Source: an uncultured Acidimicrobiia bacterium
Lineage (GTDB): Bacteria; Actinomycetota; Acidimicrobiia; UBA2766
Direction: 5' to 3'
Length of the DNA: 64,000 bases
Assembly (NCBI GenBank): GCA_964370965.1
Contig: CAYJLW010000001.1
Span: 23,509 to 87,508, forward strand
The translations under genes and the position numbers were made by a program. Below, piece after piece: positions 29,982-37,662 of this stretch. Under the pieces are notes generated by a model, which saw only the letters and a program-made list of their open reading frames with translations, did not search any database and was not told where the DNA came from. Within the stretch, counting starts at the first letter, position 1, and each line of letters starts with the position of its first letter.

Positions 29982-31046
29982 ATGACACCCGACGGGACCC
30001 CCACAGAAACGGCCGGGACCGAGGAGAACGGCGCCGAGGCGAGCGAAGCCGGCACCGAGGCTGTCCGGACCGAGTTGGAGCCCACGGACGAGAAGCCCAC
30101 GGCCGTCGTCGCCGAGGCGGTGGCGAAGCCCGTGGACAGGCGCAAGTTCATCGCCGGCGGCGTCGCGGGAGCCGCCGTCGTCGGGGGTGCCGCCTACGGC
30201 CTCACCCGCCTGGCGGCGGAGGCCCCCCTCACGACCCACGTCACGTCCGCGCGCATCACGAAGTCCGTGCCGGTGCACGACCCGAGCTCGCCCCTGTGGG
30301 ACGCCGGCGAGCAGGCCCGCATCGAGATGGACGGCCAGGTGTTCTCGATGCCGATGCGCCAGAAGCCGTTCGTGGACTCCGTCAAGGTCCGCTCCGTCAA
30401 CGACGGCGACGTCATCGGGTTTCTCCTCGAGTGGGCGGTGCCGGTGTCGCGCAACTCCACGGTGCTCTGCGACCGTTTCCGCGACGGCTGCGCCGTCCTC
30501 CTCGCCCCGCCCGACGCCCCCGAAGGCGTGCGGATGATGGGTGCCCCCAACATGGCCGTCACGATCATGCAATGGAAGTCGGACTGGCAGCGCGACGTCG
30601 ACAAGGGGTATCAGGGCGTGGAGTCAGCGTTCCCGAACCTCGCCTTCGACTACTACCCGCCGCTCACCCCGGGGGAGTCCAACGTGAAGGGCGCCGACGG
30701 CTACTTCGCCAAGGGCGTCACGCAGTGGCTGCCCGGCTTCGCCGCCGGCAACCCGCTTGTGAAGATGGAGCGCCTCAGCCCCGTGGAGAAGCTCCACGCC
30801 AAAGGCTTCGGCACCGCCCAGACTCTCCCCACCCAGGACGGCGACGGTCGTGGGGTGTGGGCCGACGGCGTGTGGAAGGTCGTGATCGCCCGGCCCCTCG
30901 ACTCCGTGAACGAGGACGAGGTGAAGGTCGAACCGGGCGAGACGCACGGCATGGCCGTCGCCGTCTGGGCGGGCATGGCCAAGGACCGGGGCGGACAGAA
31001 GTCGCCCTCCAAGAAGCTCCTCCGCCTCCACGTCGAGAAGGGCTGA
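29982..31046 (+). CDS. gamma subunit with EB_dh-type haem-b domain (NxrC/ClrC/EbdC-like)
   Basis: N-terminal signal/anchor 'RRKFIAGGVAGAAVVGGAAYGL', then an ethylbenzene-dehydrogenase-gamma-like fold ('VHDPSSPLWDAGEQARIEM', 'WKVVIARPLD', 'MAVAVWAG'). Confidence 0.7.
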   Translation: MTPDGTPTETAGTEENGAEASEAGTEAVRTELEPTDEKPTAVVAEAVAKPVDRRKFIAGGVAGAAVVGGAAYGLTRLAAEAPLTTHVTSARITKSVPVHDPSSPLWDAGEQARIEMDGQVFSMPMRQKPFVDSVKVRSVNDGDVIGFLLEWAVPVSRNSTVLCDRFRDGCAVLLAPPDAPEGVRMMGAPNMAVTIMQWKSDWQRDVDKGYQGVESAFPNLAFDYYPPLTPGESNVKGADGYFAKGVTQWLPGFAAGNPLVKMERLSPVEKLHAKGFGTAQTLPTQDGDGRGVWADGVWKVVIARPLDSVNEDEVKVEPGETHGMAVAVWAGMAKDRGGQKSPSKKLLRLHVEKG

Positions 31047-31049
31047 GCC

Positions 31050-31808
31050 GTGGCCGCCTCCGCCCCCACAACGCAAGAGCCGAACACCACCGTGGTGCGG
31101 GCGGCGGCCTACAGCCGCCTCGCCCGCCTCCTCGGCGAGGACGTCACCCCGCTCACCGACGGATCGGGGATCGAGGAGCTGCAGTGGTGCCTCGACGTCC
31201 TCGAAGTCGACCCCGGCGGCGCCCTCGACGAGGTCGCCGGGCACGCCTGGGACCCTGACACGCTCTCTCTCGACCGCACGACCCTCTTCGAGCAGGGCAG
31301 GGTGGCCCCCTACGAGATGTCGTACCTGCCCGCGGGCCCCGCCGGGCACGTGGGCCAGCTCGCCGACGTCTCGGGCTTCTACCGCGCCTTCGGCTTCCGG
31401 GTCGAGGGTGAGCGCCCCGACCATGTGGCCGCCGAGCTCGAGTTCGCCGCCGTCCTCGCCCTGGCGACGGCCCACGCGACGGAGGACGGCAACGACGACG
31501 CCGCCGCCGTGTGCGAGGACGCCTACCGCAAGTTCCTCCGCGACCACCTCGGCTGTTGGCTCGACCGCTACGCCCGCAGGCTCCACGCGGAGGCCGCCGG
31601 CACGCCCTATCCCGCCCTCGTCGAGACGGCGGCGCTCTTCGTGGCCGGGGAGGCCCGCCGCCTCGGCGTCGAGCCCTACCAGCCCGTGGGCCTCCTCGCC
31701 GGTGACACGGAGACGGAGGAGGATTTCGCGCTCGAATGCGGCTCCTGCCCGGAGGCCGCACGCCTCGCCGGGGAGGCGCCCGGCGCCCCGAACGTCCGCG
31801 AGGGCTGA
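31050..31808 (+). CDS. TorD/NarJ/DmsD-family redox-enzyme maturation chaperone
   Basis: 'AAAYSRLARLLGEDVTPLTD', 'GFYRAFGF' and 'DHVAAELEFAAVLA' are TorD-family motifs. It is the last gene of the molybdoenzyme operon. Confidence 0.75.
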   Translation: MAASAPTTQEPNTTVVRAAAYSRLARLLGEDVTPLTDGSGIEELQWCLDVLEVDPGGALDEVAGHAWDPDTLSLDRTTLFEQGRVAPYEMSYLPAGPAGHVGQLADVSGFYRAFGFRVEGERPDHVAAELEFAAVLALATAHATEDGNDDAAAVCEDAYRKFLRDHLGCWLDRYARRLHAEAAGTPYPALVETAALFVAGEARRLGVEPYQPVGLLAGDTETEEDFALECGSCPEAARLAGEAPGAPNVREG

Positions 31809-31981
31809 GCAGGCCCCGAGGTCCGTCGCCCTCGTCTTGGGTCGCCGCGGCTTCCTGCACCTCCCCTGGCGCGGACCGAGGGGGGGACTCCGGTCCTCCC
31901 CGCGGCTCCCGCGGGCGAGGTGACCGGGGGCGGGGGGGCACGTAAACCCGGGCCCGCGCCCCCCGGAACGGGGCTTCGTCC

Positions 31982-34216
31982 TCAGCTTCCCACCGGGACG
32001 GCGGGTTCCGCCTCGCGGGTGGGGGCCGACTGCGAGGGGGAGGCGGGCGATCCCGGCGGCGGGGGTTGCGCGCCCTCGACGTTCAGGTGGGGCAGGACAC
32101 GGTCCAGCCAGCGGGGGAGCCACCAGTTCGCCTCCCCCAGCAGGGCCATGGTGGCGGGGACGAGCACGAGGCGCACGATCGTGGCGTCCACGATCACGGC
32201 GACGGCGAGGCCGACCCCCATCATCTTCACGAACACGTTGTCCACGAGGACGAAGCCGGCGAACACCGAGACCATGATGAGGGCGGCGGAGCTGATCACC
32301 TTCGCCGTGGCCGTGAGGCCGGACGCGACGGCGCTGCGGTTGTTCTCGCCCGCGAGGTGGTGTTCCCGTATGCGGCTGAGTAGGAACACCTCGTAGTCCA
32401 TCGAGAGGCCGAAGAGGATCGCGAACATCATCATCGGGGCGAAGGACACGATGGGGACCGCCCGTTCGAGGTCCAGCAGGGTGCCTCCCCACCCCCATTG
32501 GAAGAGCGCCACGACGACGCCGTACGCCGCCCCGATCGAGAGAAGGTTCATCACCGCCGCCTTCAGGGGCACGAGCAGGGACCGGAACACCGCCATGAGG
32601 AGGAGGAAGGAGAGGCCCACGACGCCGAGGATGAACCAGGGGAGGCTGCCGCTCACCCGGTCCGTGAGGTCGATGAGCGCCGGTGTCAGTCCGGTCACGT
32701 ACACCCTGGTGCGACCCGCGCCCAGGGCGCCGGGCAGGACTTCGTCTCGGAGGCGGCGCACGAGTCGCGCCGTCGCCGGGGCATGCGGTGCCGTCGACGG
32801 GATCACCGTGACCACGGTCACGTCGGAGCGCGAGGACGCCAGCGGCGGCGTGACGGATGCCACACCGTACGCGTCTCGCAGCGAGTCCGCGATGCGGACG
32901 AGTTGCGCCTGGCCGGTGGGTCGGTCGACGACGACCAGGAACGGTCCGTTGAAGCCGGGGCCGAAGCCGGCGGCGAGGAGGTCGTAGGCGCGCCTAGTGG
33001 AGCTCCGCGGCGGGTCGCTGCTGGAGTCGAGGAGGCCGAAGCGCATCGACAGGACCGGCAGGGCGAGCAGAGTGAGCAGGGCCAACGACAAGATGACGAA
33101 GGGCCACGGATGGTCGCTCACGCGGTGGGACCACCGCGCCCAGCCGTGGAGGTGACCGTCGGCCTCCGCCACCGCCTCCGCGCTTGTCCCGATGCCGGGG
33201 ATCCGCCACCGGTCGACGGAGTGTCCGAGGGCACCCAGGAGCGCGGGGAGAAGGGTCGTGGCGCCCAGGACGGCGGCGACCACGGCGAGGGCGGCGCACC
33301 AGCCCAGTGTCGTGACGAACGGGACGCCGGCGAAGGCGAGGCCCAGGGTCGCGATGGCCACGGTGCCTCCGGCGACGACGACGGCGCTTCCGGCCGTCGA
33401 CAGCGCCGCCGCCACCGATTCCAGGACGTCGCTACCGGCGGCAAGCTCCCGCCGGTAGCGGGTGACGACGAAGAGGGAGTAGTCGATCCCGACGCCGAGT
33501 CCGATCATGACGGCGAGGATGGACGCCTCGGACCCCACGTCCGTCACCGCTGCCAGGAAGGTGATCACCGAGGTACCCAGCGCCACCCCGAGGAGGGCGG
33601 TCAGAAGCGGGAGACCGGCGGCGAGGACGGAGCCGAAGGCGAGGAGGAGGATGACCACGGCGGCGAGGAGGCCCACACGCTCGGAGAACTCCGTGTCCGG
33701 GGTCTCGGCCTGGGTTGCCGGGCTCCCGGCGAAGGCCGTGACGATCCCGTAGCGCCGCAGCGGCGCCGTGGCCCGTTCCAGAGCGCGGAGGTCGCGCTCG
33801 CCGAGTTCGACCGCACCCACGCCGTACGTCACGGTGCTCACGGCGGTGCGTTCGTTCCGGGAGACCTCCGGGGACAGCGGCGCAAACGGGTCGGTGGCCG
33901 AGCTGACGTGGGGAAGCCGCCGGATGCGGGCCAGGGCATCGTGGATCTGCTCCACGGCCTCCGGGCCCGCGAACGAACCCCGCCGGGCGTGGAAGACGGC
34001 TTGGCCGGAGGCGTTCTGCGTCCCCGGGAACGCCCGCGCGTACACGTCCGCACCCGTCTGCGACTCCGTGCCCGGAACCGTGTAGTCCGCGCTCGGTGCC
34101 CCACCGGCGAGGCGGCCGGCCGTGCCCACCCCGGCGAGGACGACCACCCAGACCGCGATCACGATCCACTTGTGCCTCGCGCAGGTGCGCCCCAGCCGTC
34201 CCAGGAACGCTGACAT
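31982..34216 (-). CDS. MMPL family (RND superfamily) transporter
   Basis: 12 TM helices and two periplasmic loops, with an MMPL-type 'GIDYSLFVVTRYREEL'-like motif ('GVGIDYSLFVVTRYRRELA'). The start is at MSAFLGRL. Confidence 0.8.
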   Translation of the reverse strand: MSAFLGRLGRTCARHKWIVIAVWVVVLAGVGTAGRLAGGAPSADYTVPGTESQTGADVYARAFPGTQNASGQAVFHARRGSFAGPEAVEQIHDALARIRRLPHVSSATDPFAPLSPEVSRNERTAVSTVTYGVGAVELGERDLRALERATAPLRRYGIVTAFAGSPATQAETPDTEFSERVGLLAAVVILLLAFGSVLAAGLPLLTALLGVALGTSVITFLAAVTDVGSEASILAVMIGLGVGIDYSLFVVTRYRRELAAGSDVLESVAAALSTAGSAVVVAGGTVAIATLGLAFAGVPFVTTLGWCAALAVVAAVLGATTLLPALLGALGHSVDRWRIPGIGTSAEAVAEADGHLHGWARWSHRVSDHPWPFVILSLALLTLLALPVLSMRFGLLDSSSDPPRSSTRRAYDLLAAGFGPGFNGPFLVVVDRPTGQAQLVRIADSLRDAYGVASVTPPLASSRSDVTVVTVIPSTAPHAPATARLVRRLRDEVLPGALGAGRTRVYVTGLTPALIDLTDRVSGSLPWFILGVVGLSFLLLMAVFRSLLVPLKAAVMNLLSIGAAYGVVVALFQWGWGGTLLDLERAVPIVSFAPMMMFAILFGLSMDYEVFLLSRIREHHLAGENNRSAVASGLTATAKVISSAALIMVSVFAGFVLVDNVFVKMMGVGLAVAVIVDATIVRLVLVPATMALLGEANWWLPRWLDRVLPHLNVEGAQPPPPGSPASPSQSAPTREAEPAVPVGS

Positions 34217-34399
34217 GTTCTCTCCGCAGTCGCCGACGCGTCTCGGTGAGAGTCTCGGCACGGCCGGTTCGGGACCGAAGCCCGAAAGGCGCCGGCGGTT
34301 CGGCCGGGCGTGGGTCCTGTCACGCCGTCTCCCCCCAATGTGATGCCGAATCCACGGAATTCCGGGACAACAGCTTCACTTCAGCCTCCTGGCATCACT

Positions 34400-34572
34400 T
34401 CGGCGCCCGGGTCCGAGGGGGGACGAAGTCCCCCTTCGAGGGCGTGCGGTGAGGGTGGTCTGTTCGCTAGGCCGGGCTTTGCCCGGCCGGAACGGCGTGT
34501 GGCCCGGGTGGCGGGCGCGTCGGGGGGGGTGTTCGAGGGGGGACGAAGTCCCCCTTCGAGGGCGTGCGGTGG
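34400..34572. repeat. REP-like composite hairpin repeats: a partial copy plus a full ~115-bp unit (hairpin A GGCCGGGCtttGCCCGGCC + spacer + hairpin B GAAGGGGGACgaaGTCCCCCTTC)
   Basis: The core 'GTTCGAGGGGGGACGAAGTCCCCCTTCGAGGGCGTGCGGTG' occurs at 34411-34447 and 34533-34569, the second time within the full unit. A ~90%-identical unit recurs at 37540-37662 and a reverse-oriented copy at 54947-55030. Confidence 0.6.
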
Positions 34573-34622
34573 GGATGTGTGCGCTGACAGACCCATGCCA
34601 GGGCAACGCCCCTGGCAGCGCT

Positions 34623-34937
34623 TCAGTCGGCGGGCTTGCGCGGGCGACCGGCGTGCTGCATGGACTTCGTGGTGTCGGCACCGCGGGTCATCTCCTGCAA
34701 CCGGCCGACCGACAGGCCGGTGAGCTTCGCGAGCGAGCGCAGACCGAGGCCGGCTTCGCGTAGTTGCGTGAGCGCGGCGGCGCGGATGTCGCCGAGTTCG
34801 ACTACGAGCGCCTGGGCGGCTTCGACGGCCGTGGTGGCGACGGTGTAGCGCTCGAAGGGGTCTTCGACCTTGCGGATCTGTTCGGGCTTCACGACCGCCT
34901 CCAGGTGCCGTAGGCTGGTGGCCTCTTGCGAAGCCAA
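34623..34937 (-). CDS. hypothetical HTH-containing small protein (islet-borne)
   Basis: 'LTQLREAGLGLRSLAKLTGLSVGRLQEMTRG' is a plausible helix-turn-helix. The gene starts 66 bp from the tRNA and its function is unknown. Confidence 0.35.
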   Translation of the reverse strand: MASQEATSLRHLEAVVKPEQIRKVEDPFERYTVATTAVEAAQALVVELGDIRAAALTQLREAGLGLRSLAKLTGLSVGRLQEMTRGADTTKSMQHAGRPRKPAD

Positions 34938-35003
34938 CCGGATCCGTCCGGTGTTGGAGGCGGGGCGTTCCGACGCTCCGCCTCCTCCGCGTCCCGGCGG
35001 GGT

Positions 35004-35095
35004 GGACGGAGGGTGAGGGATTCGAACCCTCGTGGCTCTTGCGAAGCCAACCTCGGAGTATCAATCCGGTGCCTTACCACTCGGCCAACCCTCCG
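35004..35095 (-). tRNA. class II (long variable arm) tRNA, Ser-like by its G73 discriminator; anticodon unresolved
   Basis: The reverse complement is GGAGGGTtgGCCgagtggtaaGGCa CCGGA TTGATAC TCCGA ggTTGGCTTcgcaaGAGCCAc GAGGGTTCGAATCCCTC ACCCTCC G. It has a 7-bp acceptor, T-loop TTCGAAT, a 6-bp variable-arm stem and no encoded CCA. A hand fold gives the anticodon loop UUGAUAC. Confidence 0.65.
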
Positions 35096-35129
35096 CACAC
35101 CAAGAGAATAGCACACCCACCCTATAACG

Positions 35130-35276
35130 TCAAGGGGTAGGGATAACGTTCTCGGTGGCAGGAGGGTTTTCTTCGTCCTCGTCGGCCGCTGGGGCGTCGG
35201 GGTCCACGGCGAGTAGCGCTCGCAGGGCCTCCTCGGGGTCGAGGGGGATCAACGTGCGCTCCTCCGGGTCCTTCAT
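35130..35276 (-). CDS. small acidic hypothetical protein (48 aa)
   Basis: 'MKDPEERTLIPLDPEEALRALLAVDPDAPAADEDEENPPATENVIPTP'. It is translationally coupled to the upstream 70-aa gene. Confidence 0.25.
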   Translation of the reverse strand: MKDPEERTLIPLDPEEALRALLAVDPDAPAADEDEENPPATENVIPTP

Positions 35277-35485
35277 GCTGGCGTGGGCACGCTGACAGCA
35301 TCGAGCGGCCACGGGATCCCGTCGGGCTCGTCACCCTTAGCTTGCGAACGGGCGTACTCCTCCTCGGTGCAAACCCACACGACGGGGAAATCGCGACCTC
35401 GCTTCGGTGCGCCGATGGCGCGCATTCGGATGGTGTCGCCGGATGCTGTGGTGACGTCAAGAACGCTGCCCGGTTCGATGTTCAT
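35273..35485 (-). CDS. small hypothetical protein (70 aa)
   Basis: 'MNIEPGSVLDVTTASGDTIRMRAIGAPKRGRDFPVVWVCTEEEYARSQAKGDEPDGIPWPLDAV' is non-repetitive and protein-like. Its stop overlaps the next small gene's ATG (ATGA). Confidence 0.3.
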   Translation of the reverse strand: MNIEPGSVLDVTTASGDTIRMRAIGAPKRGRDFPVVWVCTEEEYARSQAKGDEPDGIPWPLDAVSVPTPA

Positions 35486-35615
35486 GGTCCGATTATGAGG
35501 ACTGCCAAACCGGCCGCCAAGGGTTATCTGCGCCTCCTTGCGTATGGCAGGACCCTGTGGCAGACTTCTGGCAGCCATCCGGCAGTTGCCGGATGCCGTG
35601 CCACAAGGAGACGAT

Positions 35616-36338
35616 GCCATGGAGACCAAAGACGAGTCGGGATTTCGCCCTCCCTACATGTCCTTCCAGACGTTCTGGTCATTCGTGGGTGAACTGGCGA
35701 GCAAGCCGCTTCCGCCGCAGATCGACCGCTCGATGATGGACACGAAGTCCGGTGGTGACCAGGCGAACATCTTGGGGGCGCTCAAGGGATTCCGCCTCAT
35801 CGCTGACAACAACGCCGTGACGGCCGGGTTGGAACGACTCGTCGTGTTGGACGCCGGAGCCCGCAAGGACGCCCTGGCGTCGACGTTGCGCGAGTACTAC
35901 CCGAACCAGATTGCAGTATCCGAGCAGAACGGCACCGAGAAGTTGTTGCTCGACTCGTTCGAGACCGATTTCGGATACGCGGGCGACACGCGGCGCAAAG
36001 CGATGACGTTCTTCTTGCACGCGGCGCGACACGCTGGCATCCAACTCAGTCCCCATTTCCCCCAGACGCGCAGCGGTTCCGGATCCGGACCGCGACCGAA
36101 GCGGACCACTTCCAAGCGTAAGAACGGCGGCGGCGGCGAGGACATGAAGAAGGTCGTTCCGCACGAAGGCGACACCTACACCGTGACGCTCCCGGAATCG
36201 GGCACGGTCCTGACGCTCACCGTGAAGTCCAACGCCTTCGCCTTGAGCAAGTCCAAGAGCGACCGCGACTTCGTGTTCGGGATCGTCGACACGCTCACCG
36301 GCTGGGCGCTGAGCGGTGACGAGGAGGACGAGCCGTGA
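35616..36338 (+). CDS. hypothetical two-domain protein of unknown function (islet cargo)
   Basis: A helical N-terminal domain ('FQTFWSFVGELASKPLPPQIDRSMMDTKSGGDQANILGALKGFRLIADNNAVTAGLERLVVLDAG...RRKAMTFFLHAARHAGIQL'), a Gly/Ser/Lys-rich linker ('RSGSGSGPRPKRTTSKRKNGGGGED'), and a ~60-aa beta-rich C-terminal domain. No family is recognised. It lies in a lower-GC (~58%) region. Confidence 0.45.
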   Translation, partial: AMETKDESGFRPPYMSFQTFWSFVGELASKPLPPQIDRSMMDTKSGGDQANILGALKGFRLIADNNAVTAGLERLVVLDAGARKDALASTLREYYPNQIAVSEQNGTEKLLLDSFETDFGYAGDTRRKAMTFFLHAARHAGIQLSPHFPQTRSGSGSGPRPKRTTSKRKNGGGGEDMKKVVPHEGDTYTVTLPESGTVLTLTVKSNAFALSKSKSDRDFVFGIVDTLTGWALSGDEEDEP

Positions 36339-36521
36339 GGAGGGACCGGCCTCCGTCGTCTCTAGAAGCTTGCTAGCCCAAGTGACGACGGGGCCGAACC
36401 TCATCCGTTCGGTGTCCGCTGGTTAGAGCGGCACCAGCCCAACCGGGCCGGGGCGACGGTCGCCAGGAGTCCCCTTGGAAGTTCTCCCTAGCGGGTTCGA
36501 TGCCCGTCCGGTCCACAAATC

Positions 36522-37487
36522 CTATCGCCCCCGCAATGGCCGATACGACAGACGCCGCCCGCCGACCTGGCCTACAAGACGTTCCATCCGCTCGGAGTCA
36601 GATTGCTTGCGGGTCGAGTGCCGGAAGTCGAACTCGGTCAGGTAGCGGTCCAGGTGCTCGACGGAGACATGGTGATGCGTGCCATCGAGCGAGCGCTTCA
36701 ACTGCGAGAAGTACGACTCCAGGTCGTTCGTGCTCACGTCACCGCGGACGTACTCGCCGGCCCCGTGATCGACGGTGTGATGTTCGTCGAACTGGCGACC
36801 GATTGGCTTGTACGCCGCCCACTTGTCGGTGTGCAGGACCGACCCGAAGGGCGCAACGTGTTCCTCGATGGCCTTGCCGAGCGTCGCCCCGGTGACGCTA
36901 AAGACCACGCGTGAGCGGACTTCGCCGGTCTCCTTGGACGTGAGCGAGAACACCGGGGTCTTGCTTGTCCCGCGGCCGCTGGTGCTGCAGCGCTTCGACG
37001 CGTGGCGGTTCTTCTCGTTCCCGCCGACGTAGGTCTCGTCCGCGACGATCGTGCCCTTCAGCATCCCGGCGAGTGGGTCGCGGCGCATGGCTTCGCGGAT
37101 GCGGTGGGTCATGAACCACGCGCTCTTCGGGGTCAGGCCGTACTTGCGCTCGATCTCTCGGGCCGACACGCCGTTCTTGCTGGCGCACATCTCGAACACG
37201 ACGAGCACCCAGGTTCGCACCGGGATCTTGCTGCCGTGGAAGATCGTCCCGGTGAGAACCGAGAACTGCTTGCGGCACGTGCCGCACTTCCACACTCGGC
37301 GCTGGCTCATGCTGCCGGTGCGGGTAGCGCGCGACGAGCCGTTGCGGGGCTTCAGGAAGTAGCAGCGCTCGGTGTTGCCGCAATGGGGGCAGATCGGCGT
37401 GCCGCCCCAGCGCAGTTCCTCAAGGAACTCGTAGGCGCTGGCCTCGTCGGGGATCCGCTCGATGATCATGAGCATGGAGATGTCCAT
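36522..37487 (-). mobile_element. IS1595-family (ISXO2-like) transposase gene, apparently intact
   Basis: N-terminal zinc ribbon 'CPHCGNTERCYF...WKCGTCRKQFSVLTGTIF', then the DDE domain ('IVADETYVGGNEKN', 'VLHTDKWAAYKP', 'STNDLESYFSQLKRSL'). IS boundaries were not determined. Confidence 0.75.
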
Positions 37488-37539
37488 GCGGCAATGCTGA
37501 CAGCTAGCGTTGGGTTTGTCAAGTCACACATCGCCCGTG

Positions 37540-37662
37540 CGGTAACGGTGGCCGTTTCGCAAGGCCGGGCTCTGCCCGGCCGGAACGGTGTGTGACTCGG
37601 GTGGCGGCCGCGTCGGGGGGGGTGTTCGAAGGGGGACGAAGTCCCCCTTCGAGGGCTCAACA
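37540..37662. repeat. second full copy of the ~115-bp REP-like composite unit (direct orientation relative to 34458-34572)
   Basis: 'GGTGGCCGTTTCGCAAGGCCGGGCTCTGCCCGGCCGGAACGGTGTGTGACTCGGGTGGCGGCCGCGTCGGGGGGGGTGTTCGAAGGGGGACGAAGTCCCCCTTCGAGGGC' is ~90% identical to the 34458-34572 unit. Confidence 0.6.

Noticed and set aside
34400-34600. G-runs and repeated hairpins considered as a CRISPR array
   Set aside because: Only two or three copies, they are palindromic, and the spacers are not of uniform length. There are no cas genes. This is a REP-like element instead.
35545-35592. Possible sigma-54 promoter (TGGCAG-N5-TGGCA)
   Set aside because: The spacing fits GG-N10-GC but the -12 element is TGGCA, not TTGCA. 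Actinobacteria-type genomes lack RpoN. It is more likely direct-repeat regulator sites.
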